Shown: in pieces, positions 16,867 to 25,885 of the stretch
How positions within the stretch are numbered: the stretch's first letter is position 1
How the letters are laid out: every line of letters starts with the position of its first letter
Source: Nitrospirota bacterium
GTDB lineage: Bacteria; Nitrospirota; Nitrospiria; 2-01-FULL-66-17
Direction of reading: 5' to 3'
Length of the DNA: 64,000 nt
Assembly (NCBI GenBank): GCA_049325335.1
Contig: JBMOMC010000039.1
Coordinates: forward strand, 1-64,000
Program-made: the position numbers and the translations under genes
Notes under the pieces: model-generated
Databases searched by the model: none
Seen by the model: only the letters and a program-made list of their open reading frames with translations
Told to the model about the DNA's origin: nothing

Positions 16867-19244
16867 CCCCGCCCCTCCTTCCTGGCCCGAAATACCCGCA
16901 GCCGGTCCAACGGATCCGTGACCGTCTTGCCGATCGCCTCTTTGAGATCTAAGTCCTCCGGACTCGTCGCCGCGAGATCGAGCAGCAGCGACGGAAAGGT
17001 CAGGTGGAGGTGGTAATACTCCGGCCCCACCGACCGCATCGCCGGCCGCCAATCGAGCGTGAGCGGATACGGGAACTGCGTCCATGCCGTGAGCGGCCCG
17101 GGCGGCATGTTGATCCGCTTCCCGATCGCATCCCACTCGTCGCCGCGGTAGAGCAGCGAACGCAGCGGCATCGAATTGATCACCTCCGTCTCGATCACGT
17201 CGATCTCGGCGATGCCCTGGGTGACCAGGTCGATCGCCGCACCGTCTTTCCGCCCCATGCGGGCCAACTCGGAGATCAGCCGCCCAATGACCTCGGGCGC
17301 GATCGCCACGAACTTGTGCAGTTCGTCGAGCAAGACCCGCGCCGGGTTCCGGCGGGCGAACGCGAGGTGGTTGAATCGCAACGCGAGGAACACCAGATAG
17401 AACTTCAGCAGCTTGGGGCTCGCGCGGTCGACCTCCTTGAGATCCACACCCGTGATCCCCTCGCTCAACAGGAGGTTGTCCTCTCGGGCGAAGATCCGGC
17501 CCTCGGCCGTTTCCAGGAAGCTCGCGAGGTTCGCGGCCATCCGCCGCGCCGCCTCCCGCTGCTCGGGCTGCTCGATGTCGTCGACCCGCTCAAGCTCCTG
17601 CAGATAGTCGACCAGCGTCGGCACCGCCCGCTCGGGTGCCGGATCGGCGTACAAGACCTGCAACGCCCCCTGGGCCGCCGCCGTCTGGTGGATATCCAGC
17701 GTGGTATGTCCGTCCGTGAGCAGAAACGCCAGGGCATTGACCGTGCCTCCGGCGAGGACGGGATTAAGCGGATAGGTGTCCGGGTGTGCGGGATCGTTCA
17801 CCGCCACGGCGTACGGCGGCAGCGGGTTGACCACGGTCTCCCCCGGATCGATCTTGGTGTACGTCCCTCCGAATCCCTCGACCACCCATCGGTACGAACC
17901 GCCGATCTCGGCAAGGTACCAGTCGATCCCCAACGGATAGGTCTCGGCAATCGTGGCGACCTTGTCCACGCCCTTCCCGCCGCCGGTGATCGCCACGGTA
18001 AAGCTGTGCGCAACCGGCTGATTGAGCAGATTGAACCCGATGAGTTGGCCGGACTCCCCAAGCCGCAAGGACTCCGGATCGGGATCGCCCCGGCGGTAGA
18101 TCTGCGCCGGGCACATGGCGGCGACCTGCCACGTGTGATCCGGTCGGAACATCGGCGCGCGATACCCCTGCCCGGGTTGGGCGGCCCGCCAATACGGCAG
18201 TTGAACGTACGCCTGGTCACGCACCTGCCCACCCTGACGCTCGATCCAGTCGGTTACGATCTCGGTCGACCGGCGGAGTTGCGTCGGCTCGCCGTGCAGA
18301 TGAATGACGAAGACGTTCTGGAAGATCGACAGATTCTGCTCGGCCACGAACTGGCGGAAGCCCGCGAGGTCCTTGACCGTTTGCCATTGCGTATCCTGGC
18401 CGCGTCGGCCGAGCGTGCCCTCGGCCAGATCGCTTGAGCGTTCACTGGCCCGCATCGCGGCTTTGGTGTCCACCGGCAGGACGACCTGGGCGACGTGCAT
18501 CGGGAGACCGAGCGCCGCCAGCCCCACGAACCAGCCGGGCTCCGCATCGGGATACAGAAAGACCAACAACACCTTGCTCGCCTGATCCCCGAGGATGACC
18601 CCACCCTCGCGCACCTCGGGCGCCACGGGGACGAGCTGTTCCGCCAGCAGGAACTGCGGCTCGACCCGCACGCCATGCCCTCGGGCGAAGCGCGCTCGGT
18701 CGTAGCTTTGCTGGATGCGCCCGAGATACCGGTCCGCGCCGGCGACGCGTCCGCCCGGCAGCTTGGACGCCAGCAGGCGGGCCCGTTCAAGGAGGTCCTG
18801 CGCGTCGCGCGCCTGGCGGACCAAGGCCCGCGTCGCGCCCCACGGCAGGCGCGAGGGCGGTACCCGCGTCAGCACCACGGCGACATCGTTCCGCATGCCA
18901 TACGGCGCGAGATGAGCCGCGTGCGCCTCGCGCAGCGCCCGCGACAGCTCGCCGCCGCGGACGATCGCCTCCTGCTTGGCCAGATAAGCCTGGGCGAGCG
19001 AATCGTCCCACTCCCGCCACAGGTGAAACTCGGCGCAGTACCCCTGCGGGATGACACCCAGGGCGGTGACGACTGAGGACCACGCCTGGCGTCGCTCCAG
19101 GTCGGTCAGCAGCTCCGCGTCGATTCCATCCCAGTCGATGAGGACGGACACGGCCCCGTCCTGGTGGGCGATGACCTCGTCACCGATGACGTGCGACCAG
19201 GTGTAGAGATCCGCGTACGACCGTTTTGGCGTCAGGATCGTCAC
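16863..19244 (-). CDS. virB4: VirB4-like T4SS ATPase
   Basis: ~790 aa; HSFTVAITGGGKG Walker A-like, VLLDELH Walker B, RMGRK..VTQ. Confidence 0.85.
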   Translation of the reverse strand: MTILTPKRSYADLYTWSHVIGDEVIAHQDGAVSVLIDWDGIDAELLTDLERRQAWSSVVTALGVIPQGYCAEFHLWREWDDSLAQAYLAKQEAIVRGGELSRALREAHAAHLAPYGMRNDVAVVLTRVPPSRLPWGATRALVRQARDAQDLLERARLLASKLPGGRVAGADRYLGRIQQSYDRARFARGHGVRVEPQFLLAEQLVPVAPEVREGGVILGDQASKVLLVFLYPDAEPGWFVGLAALGLPMHVAQVVLPVDTKAAMRASERSSDLAEGTLGRRGQDTQWQTVKDLAGFRQFVAEQNLSIFQNVFVIHLHGEPTQLRRSTEIVTDWIERQGGQVRDQAYVQLPYWRAAQPGQGYRAPMFRPDHTWQVAAMCPAQIYRRGDPDPESLRLGESGQLIGFNLLNQPVAHSFTVAITGGGKGVDKVATIAETYPLGIDWYLAEIGGSYRWVVEGFGGTYTKIDPGETVVNPLPPYAVAVNDPAHPDTYPLNPVLAGGTVNALAFLLTDGHTTLDIHQTAAAQGALQVLYADPAPERAVPTLVDYLQELERVDDIEQPEQREAARRMAANLASFLETAEGRIFAREDNLLLSEGITGVDLKEVDRASPKLLKFYLVFLALRFNHLAFARRNPARVLLDELHKFVAIAPEVIGRLISELARMGRKDGAAIDLVTQGIAEIDVIETEVINSMPLRSLLYRGDEWDAIGKRINMPPGPLTAWTQFPYPLTLDWRPAMRSVGPEYYHLHLTFPSLLLDLAATSPEDLDLKEAIGKTVTDPLDRLRVFRARKEGRG

Positions 19245-19513
19245 CGATCCGTCCAGGTCTCGCTGGCCACCCGGCCGCGCTCCCGCCACGCCGCCCACAT
19301 CACGCCCCGGAGCGGGAGGTCATCCCCCAGCCAGAACCCGACGGCGACCAGGGCGAGACACACGAGGAACCCGAGCCCGGTCATGAGCTTGAACACGAGC
19401 GGCAGCATCAGGGTAAAGAGTCCACAGGCTAAGGCGCCGACGATCCCGATCATCGAGACGAGCGGCACGCCAAACAGTTCTTTCGGCTGAAGCCGGCGGT
19501 TGAACGCGCCCAT
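19241..19513 (-). CDS. VirB3-like membrane protein
   Basis: 90 aa, ELFGVP and two TMs, coupled to virB4. Confidence 0.7.
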   Translation of the reverse strand: MGAFNRRLQPKELFGVPLVSMIGIVGALACGLFTLMLPLVFKLMTGLGFLVCLALVAVGFWLGDDLPLRGVMWAAWRERGRVASETWTDR

Positions 19514-19834
19514 CTACGCGACCAAGGCGACGATCCCGTAGACCACGCTCGCGATCACGATGGCGGTCACCCCGCCGATCACGTATCGCTTGCCCTCGTC
19601 CGCGTTTCCGGTCCCGATCTTGAGCGACCCCCACAGAATGCCCAGGATCGCGCCGATCCCCACCACCAGTGTCACGACGTCCGTGACCTTCCGCCCCTTG
19701 GATTCCAGATCCGCCTTGACGTTCTGACCCGTGGCATAGCCCGGGAGCTGCAACGCCGCTTCGGCACAGAGCGCGCCCACGAGTACAATGGCCACCACAG
19801 CCACCACGACCCACACCCGACGTCCGTTGTTCAT
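19514..19834 (-). CDS. VirB2/TrbC-like pilin
   Basis: GAGGAGGG RBS, signal peptide plus two hydrophobic helices. Confidence 0.75.
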   Translation of the reverse strand: MNNGRRVWVVVAVVAIVLVGALCAEAALQLPGYATGQNVKADLESKGRKVTDVVTLVVGIGAILGILWGSLKIGTGNADEGKRYVIGGVTAIVIASVVYGIVALVA

Positions 19835-19848
19835 CGTTCCCTCCTCCT

Positions 19849-20211
19849 CTATGAAGAGCGTGCCAGGGCCTGCTTCGCGGCGAGATCCCGCCTTGTGATC
19901 CACGCGCACCACCGGATGGTGCCTACTCCGAATCCATAGAAGACCGGGAGCACCAGGGCGTTCAGGTTCAGCACGATCAATCCATACAGCGCCCACTCCT
20001 CCAGCACCGACGCTCCCTGAAACCACGTCACCACCTGCCACCCCACGCGGTCGGGTACGAGCGGGAGCACCAGCGCGTTGACGGCCCACTCCCGCAGCGG
20101 CCCGCCGCCCCACACGTGGCCGCCCACCGTCACGGTGGGCACGAGCCCTGCGACGCCGAGCAGCAACAGCGGGGATGCCAGCAGCGGCCAGAGTTGGACC
20201 CAGGTGATCAC
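19849..20211 (-). CDS. Membrane protein in the tra operon
   Basis: Hydrophobic 120-aa ORF coupled to the T4CP gene. Confidence 0.6.
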   Translation of the reverse strand: MITWVQLWPLLASPLLLLGVAGLVPTVTVGGHVWGGGPLREWAVNALVLPLVPDRVGWQVVTWFQGASVLEEWALYGLIVLNLNALVLPVFYGFGVGTIRWCAWITRRDLAAKQALARSS

Positions 20212-21875
20212 GTCGACGCCACCGGCCGTACGCGAAACCCAGGGTTGGCGGCCAGCCGTGCCCGCTCCGCCGCGGCGCCGACCACGGCAACCTCCGCGCG
20301 TTCATGGGCGTCGCGCTCGAGCGCGTCCTGGGCGGCCGCGTAAAGGCGAGCCTGAGCTTCCGGATCCATGTACCGCACCCAGAACCCGAGCCCGTCGCCT
20401 TCGGCGTGGACGCGCGGCGGCGGCAGCGGCACGTCGCGCCACCCGGCGAAGTCCGGCAGCGAAAAGCGCAGTCTCCAGAGCGGGTTGACGACTCGGTCAC
20501 CGTCCCGGATCAAGGTGGAGACAAACGCCTCGCCCGGGCGGAGCTCGCGCAGGTCCCGCGGTTCGATGCGGGGGACACGGCGGTAGCCGACGCTCGTCCC
20601 GGATCGGTCCCCGAGCTTCGAGGTCGAGACCTCGACCGTCTCGTGCTCACCCAACAGCCGGACGGCGTAGTCAGCCGTCTCCGCCCCTTGCACCCGCATG
20701 ACCACCTTGGTGGCAATCGTGTCATCGAGCTCGTGGGCGAAGACGCGACTGACGGCCTCGAGCTGGGCGTGCGATTGAAATCCGAACGTCAGCGGCATGG
20801 CCGCCGACCGGCAGCGGGCGGCGAAGGGCCCGAAGCCCTCGTAGAAGAACGCGCCCCAATCGTCGAAGAGCAACGGGAACCGGGTGAGGCCCTCCGTCCC
20901 CGCGAGCTGGCGCTTGCGGGCCTCGACGCCGAACATCTCCACGATCGCGATCGCCACGTCGCGAGCAAACGTCGTGAGTGGCAGGTGGAGGTATACGGAC
21001 CGGTTCTCGGTCACGATCCGGTGGATGTCCATCTCGGCCTGGTAGGCGTTCAGCCGATCGGCGACCGGACCCGCCACGAACACGTTGAGCCGATTGAGCA
21101 GCCCGCGGAGGAATTCGATCCGTTTCCGGAAGGGCTGTTCGAGCCATTGACGCGCGAGCGTGACATCCGCCGCCGGCGCACCAGCGGCCTGGGCCCGGCG
21201 GAGCAGCTCGAGGCCCGCGTCCTCCACGCTCAGCACGACGTACAGATCGCGGAGCGAAACCGGGACGCCTAGGCGCGCGAGCAGACCCACCATCCGGGCG
21301 AGCACCGCGCGCTGCTCGTCGGTATAGAACGTCGTGCTGGCGGTCGACCCGATCAGCATCTTGCTCAGGCGATCGACCACGTCGTGCGGCTCGCCGGCCA
21401 TGAGATTGATCGAATCGGAGCCCGGAAGCTCGGCCGAGAAGAGGTGGTCAGGCCGGCGGCCCATGGCCACGCACCGCTTGTAGACATCGACGTCGCCCTT
21501 GCCCTCGAAGAAGGCCCACCCACTCGCCGGCGAGTGGGTGTCGAGCGCGGCTAAGTAACCGAGTTCGACCGACTCCGTTTTACCGGCGCCCGGCGAGCCG
21601 ATCACCAGCAGCCCGAGATTGAGGACGTCGGACGGAATGACCGCCTCGGGATACCGCGTCGGATGATCGGGGTTGCTGAGTTCCTCCGCAGGACCCAGCG
21701 TCCACCCTACGGCCTTGGATCCGGCCCGGCGAGAGCGCCAGCTCCAGATCCGCCACCCGATCGCCGCCACCAGAGCCAGGGCCACCATCGCCGCAAGCCA
21801 CGACTGAAAGACCAGAGCCGCGACTCCTGCATCGAACGCGGCCACGGCCACCATGATGAGGGCGATCACCCTCAC
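20208..21875 (-). CDS. virD4: VirD4/TraD-like type IV coupling protein
   Basis: Two N-terminal TMs, GSPGAGKT, FEGKGD, LLFDDW, FQSHAQL. Confidence 0.85.
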   Translation of the reverse strand: MRVIALIMVAVAAFDAGVAALVFQSWLAAMVALALVAAIGWRIWSWRSRRAGSKAVGWTLGPAEELSNPDHPTRYPEAVIPSDVLNLGLLVIGSPGAGKTESVELGYLAALDTHSPASGWAFFEGKGDVDVYKRCVAMGRRPDHLFSAELPGSDSINLMAGEPHDVVDRLSKMLIGSTASTTFYTDEQRAVLARMVGLLARLGVPVSLRDLYVVLSVEDAGLELLRRAQAAGAPAADVTLARQWLEQPFRKRIEFLRGLLNRLNVFVAGPVADRLNAYQAEMDIHRIVTENRSVYLHLPLTTFARDVAIAIVEMFGVEARKRQLAGTEGLTRFPLLFDDWGAFFYEGFGPFAARCRSAAMPLTFGFQSHAQLEAVSRVFAHELDDTIATKVVMRVQGAETADYAVRLLGEHETVEVSTSKLGDRSGTSVGYRRVPRIEPRDLRELRPGEAFVSTLIRDGDRVVNPLWRLRFSLPDFAGWRDVPLPPPRVHAEGDGLGFWVRYMDPEAQARLYAAAQDALERDAHERAEVAVVGAAAERARLAANPGFRVRPVAST

Positions 21876-22534
21876 CGCCAGAGCGCCTTGATCGTGATCA
21901 CGTCGGCAGGAATCCCCTGGTCCTTGATCCAGGCCGTATGCGCCTCGGCCTGACGCCCATCGGTCGTGGCGACGATAAACCGCTGGACGACCTCGCGCCA
22001 CACCCGTCCCACGCCGGCAGGCCAGTACACGCGCGCCGGCCGGTGCCGGCGGGTCCAGACCCGCGAGATGCGCTCGGACCCCATCAAGTAGTCGTCAACC
22101 AGGACGAGGCTGGAGACGCCGCCGGCGTCGACGCCCGCGTGCTCCCCGAACGCCGGATTGAACCCCTGCTTCAGCAACGTCAGGCGGTCGAAGAATTGTA
22201 ATCCGGGATGCCGTTCGCGCAGGGCGATTTCGGTCTGGTTGGCGTGGCCCGCGTGCGCCATCACGGACCACGACGGGTACCGACGACCGGATGCCACGCG
22301 CGTCCGGCTGACCCGCGCGCCAGCGTGGGTCAGCCGAAAGATCACGGGCCGCACCTGGGTCTCACCCGCCACGAAGCGCGCCTCCACCAGCTTCGCGAGG
22401 GCTTTGGACACGGCGGGGACTTGGACGCCACCCCAGTACGCCAACTGGGCTTCCGTGGCAAAACCCACGCGCCCGAGGGTGGTCAGGATCCGGTGCTGGA
22501 GTTCGCTGAGCGCGGGCGGGCTCGGCCGTCTCAT
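21872..22534 (-). CDS. Replic_Relax-like winged-helix protein with degenerate nuclease motif
   Basis: N-terminal wHTH (FATEAQL...LAKLVEARFV...FRLTHAG), MAH, C-terminal LVLVDDY. Confidence 0.6.
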   Translation of the reverse strand: MRRPSPPALSELQHRILTTLGRVGFATEAQLAYWGGVQVPAVSKALAKLVEARFVAGETQVRPVIFRLTHAGARVSRTRVASGRRYPSWSVMAHAGHANQTEIALRERHPGLQFFDRLTLLKQGFNPAFGEHAGVDAGGVSSLVLVDDYLMGSERISRVWTRRHRPARVYWPAGVGRVWREVVQRFIVATTDGRQAEAHTAWIKDQGIPADVITIKALWR

Positions 22535-23433
22535 TCGGCCACGAGCCGCCCGATTTCGGGAGTACGGGTTGTCAAGATCGCCACCAGGGCTTTCTTCGTG
22601 GGCCGCTGATCGAGCGTGATCGGGTTCGCGCCGTGCCGCTCGGCCAGCGTTTGGAGCAACGCCGCCAACCGGCGCGCTGTCTCGATCGGAATGGTGACCA
22701 TCGGCGTGCGCAGGTCGGCACCGTCCTTGGAGCCCTTGCGCTCGGCCAGTTGGCTCAGCACCTCGGCCTTGTGGTTGAAGTACTCCGTTTCCGCGAGCTC
22801 GCCGGCGGCGATCGCGGCTTGGACCTCCACCGGCGCTTCAAGCAGGCTGAGCTTTTTGGAGACCCAGCCCTTGCTGCGGTGGAGCCGGTCCGCCAGTTCG
22901 TCCAGCGTCCAGCCGCGGGCCGTCTTGAGCCCGGCGAGCTCGCGGGCCAGGTCCAGCGGCTCGTAGTCGTCGCGATGGATGTTCTCGGAGAGTTGGAGGA
23001 GGCGGATCGCCTCCGCGTCGTCCGGCACCTCACAGATCCGGGCCGCGATGGTCTCGCGTTTGAGAATATCCCGGACAGCTCGGACGCGGCGTTCGCCCGC
23101 GATGAGCAGATACCGATTCGCTGGAAGCGGTGTGACGACGATCGGGTGGTGCTGGCCGTGCCGCCGGATGTTCTCGGCGAGTTGGTCAAGGTTCTTGAAC
23201 ACCCGCCGGGCTTGCGATCGGATTTCGAGTTGGTCGATGCGCAGGATGACCGCGGCGGGATCCGCCTGGTCCGCGCGCGTCCGGCCGGTGTTCGGCTCTG
23301 ACCGGCCAGCCAAGGAGCCGGGACTTGTGTCGCTGAGCCCGGAACCTGACGAGCGTCCGCTTCCCCGGAGGGCCTGTTCGCGGCGCTCCCGGATGCGGCG
23401 CGCCAGCGCGCTTTCCGCGGTGGGTGCGCTCAT
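22531..23433 (-). CDS. ParB/KorB-like protein (second ParB, in the tra operon)
   Basis: QARRVF, LIAGERRVRA, ENIHRDD, HTH. Confidence 0.85.
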   Translation of the reverse strand: MSAPTAESALARRIRERREQALRGSGRSSGSGLSDTSPGSLAGRSEPNTGRTRADQADPAAVILRIDQLEIRSQARRVFKNLDQLAENIRRHGQHHPIVVTPLPANRYLLIAGERRVRAVRDILKRETIAARICEVPDDAEAIRLLQLSENIHRDDYEPLDLARELAGLKTARGWTLDELADRLHRSKGWVSKKLSLLEAPVEVQAAIAAGELAETEYFNHKAEVLSQLAERKGSKDGADLRTPMVTIPIETARRLAALLQTLAERHGANPITLDQRPTKKALVAILTTRTPEIGRLVAE

Positions 23434-23618
23434 CCGCAACCGGCCGGTGCCCACGTGACCTCGACACGCTCCGGACGCGACTCGGTAGACCGCGGGGGCA
23501 CCAGCACGGCATGAACATTCGGGAGAGGGGCGTCGGCGAGGAAGGCAGCTGGCAGGGAGGACTGACCGGTTCGACGCTTCGGGTTGGGAACCGCGACAGT
23601 CCGAAGTGGTATCTCCAC
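23430..23618 (-). CDS. Small hypothetical protein
   Basis: 62-aa ORF whose stop overlaps the parB-like ATG; GGAGAG upstream. Confidence 0.45.
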   Translation of the reverse strand: MEIPLRTVAVPNPKRRTGQSSLPAAFLADAPLPNVHAVLVPPRSTESRPERVEVTWAPAGCG

Positions 23619-23692
23619 GACAGCTCTCCCCGATTCGGTGAGGGCAACTCTACAACAGATGAGATTCAGAGTCTACAAAAATATGATCATGT

Positions 23693-24742
23693 TTAGCTGT
23701 TTATGTGTTTTTTTGTTTCCGTCGGAAACGGGGTGAACGAAAGACTCTCGGCAGCCTCATCCGTCAGGCTCTCTGCGCCGCGAACGACCCCAATCAGCCG
23801 CCGAAACTCGGCATCGTTCCCGTCGTTCTTCCACCGGTTGACGAACCGGCACACGACCTGAAGGTTGCCGGCCTCATAGTGACCGTCGCTATCGATCCGA
23901 TCAAGAGAGCATAAGAGTTCAGGATCGTCTTCCTCTCCGTCGAACTGAAGCCGTAAACCAGTGATGGCGCAGAGCCCCTCCTGGGCATCGACGAGCGCTG
24001 CGATGTATTTCTCGAACTCGTGCGGCGCGAAGCGAAGTTCCTTGTTCTTGATGGTACGCAAGACTTGCTGCCCATTCGCGCCCCTCACGGTCTCTTGCGC
24101 CGTCATCGCCATACGTACGACCGCACGTTCCTTAGCGTTGAATATCGTGGCCGGACTTCTCCGCGCGATCTCCGCCTTCAATTTCCAAGCGCTTCGCGAA
24201 TGCCACTGGCCAAGGTCTATTCCGCCAACCAGCGCGATCGCATAAGCGGCGTTATCGACCGCGAGTCGCTGAAGGGTCCCCTCGGTGAACAGGAATTCTT
24301 GCGCCTTAGGATGTAGTGCGCGCCACTCGAGGCGGCTCCCTTTCCTGCTCTTGTTCGACCACGCGGCGGCCTGCTTGTGGAGGACGTAGACATGCTCGTG
24401 ATCCCGCGTCGGTTTGAAGGCCGGTTCACGTGAGACGTCAACCGCGCCGGGCCGAGAGATCGTCCACCACAACTCGTCCTTCTGGCGATGAAGCCAGAGG
24501 TCGTTTTCCGTTGACGAGACAATGTGCGCGAGATTGAACCATCGGGATGCGACGGGCCGGGTGGGGGTAATACCGGCCGCCGTTTTCTTCGCCGCGATAC
24601 AGTGGGCGATGTAGCCTTCGCGGTCTCCAGCAAGCCAAAGCACCCGCAGATCCTCGTCCTCGAGCGTCGCGACAGTGGAGCGAGCGAGGCATGCTGGCCA
24701 GAGATAGTTTTCACGTCCGAAGTTCGCGATGAAAACTTTCAT
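23693..24742 (-). CDS. HNH-type nuclease with uncharacterised N-terminal domain (putative defence)
   Basis: C-terminal CAITGL...SLDRIDSDGHYEAGNLQVVCRFVNRWK. Confidence 0.7.
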   Translation of the reverse strand: MKVFIANFGRENYLWPACLARSTVATLEDEDLRVLWLAGDREGYIAHCIAAKKTAAGITPTRPVASRWFNLAHIVSSTENDLWLHRQKDELWWTISRPGAVDVSREPAFKPTRDHEHVYVLHKQAAAWSNKSRKGSRLEWRALHPKAQEFLFTEGTLQRLAVDNAAYAIALVGGIDLGQWHSRSAWKLKAEIARRSPATIFNAKERAVVRMAMTAQETVRGANGQQVLRTIKNKELRFAPHEFEKYIAALVDAQEGLCAITGLRLQFDGEEDDPELLCSLDRIDSDGHYEAGNLQVVCRFVNRWKNDGNDAEFRRLIGVVRGAESLTDEAAESLSFTPFPTETKKHINS

Positions 24743-24785
24743 CTAGACCACCGCCATCCGCCCCAAGGCGTTTCCGACACATATC

Positions 24786-25433
24786 TCATCGCGACGCCTC
24801 TCTCCCGACCGTGATGACGGAGACCCCGCCAACGCAACGGACACGCGCGGCCGCGTGTTGCGGCTGAACCCACACCTGCCGGGTCAATCCTAAGCGGTGC
24901 CACTTCATCATCTTCGCCCGGATCTGCCGTTGACTGTAGTGACCGCTATCGGCTTCCACGACCACGAGTTCACCGGTGTTGGAATCAGTGAAGACGGCGT
25001 CCGGTCGGCATGAACCGACCCGCAGGGCGTCGGTGGCGGTCAGGCGAGCCGCGAGCCGGAAATCGTGAGGCCGTCCGAGCGTGAAATAGGCGTGGCTGGT
25101 CAACAGCTCGTGGTAGTTGGTCCGCTTGGCACCGGTGACCGGAACGTCCCCGCCCCAGGCCTTGGCGATCTCGCGACTGGCAAACTCGTAGACTCTCACA
25201 GACGGGTGGTCGGTGATGTGGAGCGTCTGGCTGCGGATCAAGCCCGCGGCTTCGAGCCGCGTGAGCGATCGCGTTGCACCGGACTTGAGGTGGGCGTAGT
25301 GGTGGCGCTCGGCTAGATCGGAGGAGATCAACTGCACACGGGCAAGGTCACGCAGAAAATGTCGGTCGGCAGCGAGGAGCCGGATGCCGGTCGTGGTCTG
25401 TCTGAGGAGAGTGCGAGTCTTGGGGTTCTTCAC
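24786..25433 (-). CDS. Replic_Relax/MOB-C-like putative relaxase
   Basis: wHTH, NYHELL, RPDAVF...VVVEADSGHY PD-(D/E)xK-like motif; AGGAGGT RBS. Confidence 0.7.
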   Translation of the reverse strand: MKNPKTRTLLRQTTTGIRLLAADRHFLRDLARVQLISSDLAERHHYAHLKSGATRSLTRLEAAGLIRSQTLHITDHPSVRVYEFASREIAKAWGGDVPVTGAKRTNYHELLTSHAYFTLGRPHDFRLAARLTATDALRVGSCRPDAVFTDSNTGELVVVEADSGHYSQRQIRAKMMKWHRLGLTRQVWVQPQHAAARVRCVGGVSVITVGREASR

Positions 25434-25480
25434 GTGGCCGACCTCCTGGTGAGCGGCGAGAACCCCGTCGCTGATGTTTC

Positions 25481-25688
25481 GGCTGAACGAGCGCCGAGCA
25501 CGGCCCGGTTAGCGGAGCAAAGCGAAGCTAACTGGGCCACGTCTGTGCGAGGCATGAAAAGAAGGCGCGCAGCGCGCAGACCGCGAAGCGGGCGGCCTTA
25601 TTTTCATGCGAGTTCAGCCTGTCACGGCTGACGGAGTCAGCGCTGATAAGCCGTGACTTTCAATATGATGCGCCATGATATTGGAAAG
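25481..25688. other. Multi-hairpin non-coding region (oriT or single-strand origin candidate)
   Basis: Inverted repeats 25481-88/25612-19, 25502-13/25527-38, 25552-60/25601-09, 25621-29/25649-57, 25657-66/25678-88; two GCGAAGC motifs. Confidence 0.55.
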
Positions 25689-25885
25689 TTGTATCGAAAA
25701 CAATCTAAAACGACGCAACCGCGTGCGGCCCGTGAGGGCGTTGCTACATGATTTCTGGGTCATCGTTTAGAAGCCTCGTAGGAAACAGCCTTTTGAAACC
25801 AGGCGGGAATCTATGATGGGTGCTACGTAAGACCTTCGGATTGGGAAGCGCGCAGCGGCGGGGAGCACCCGAACCCCCAAATTTC

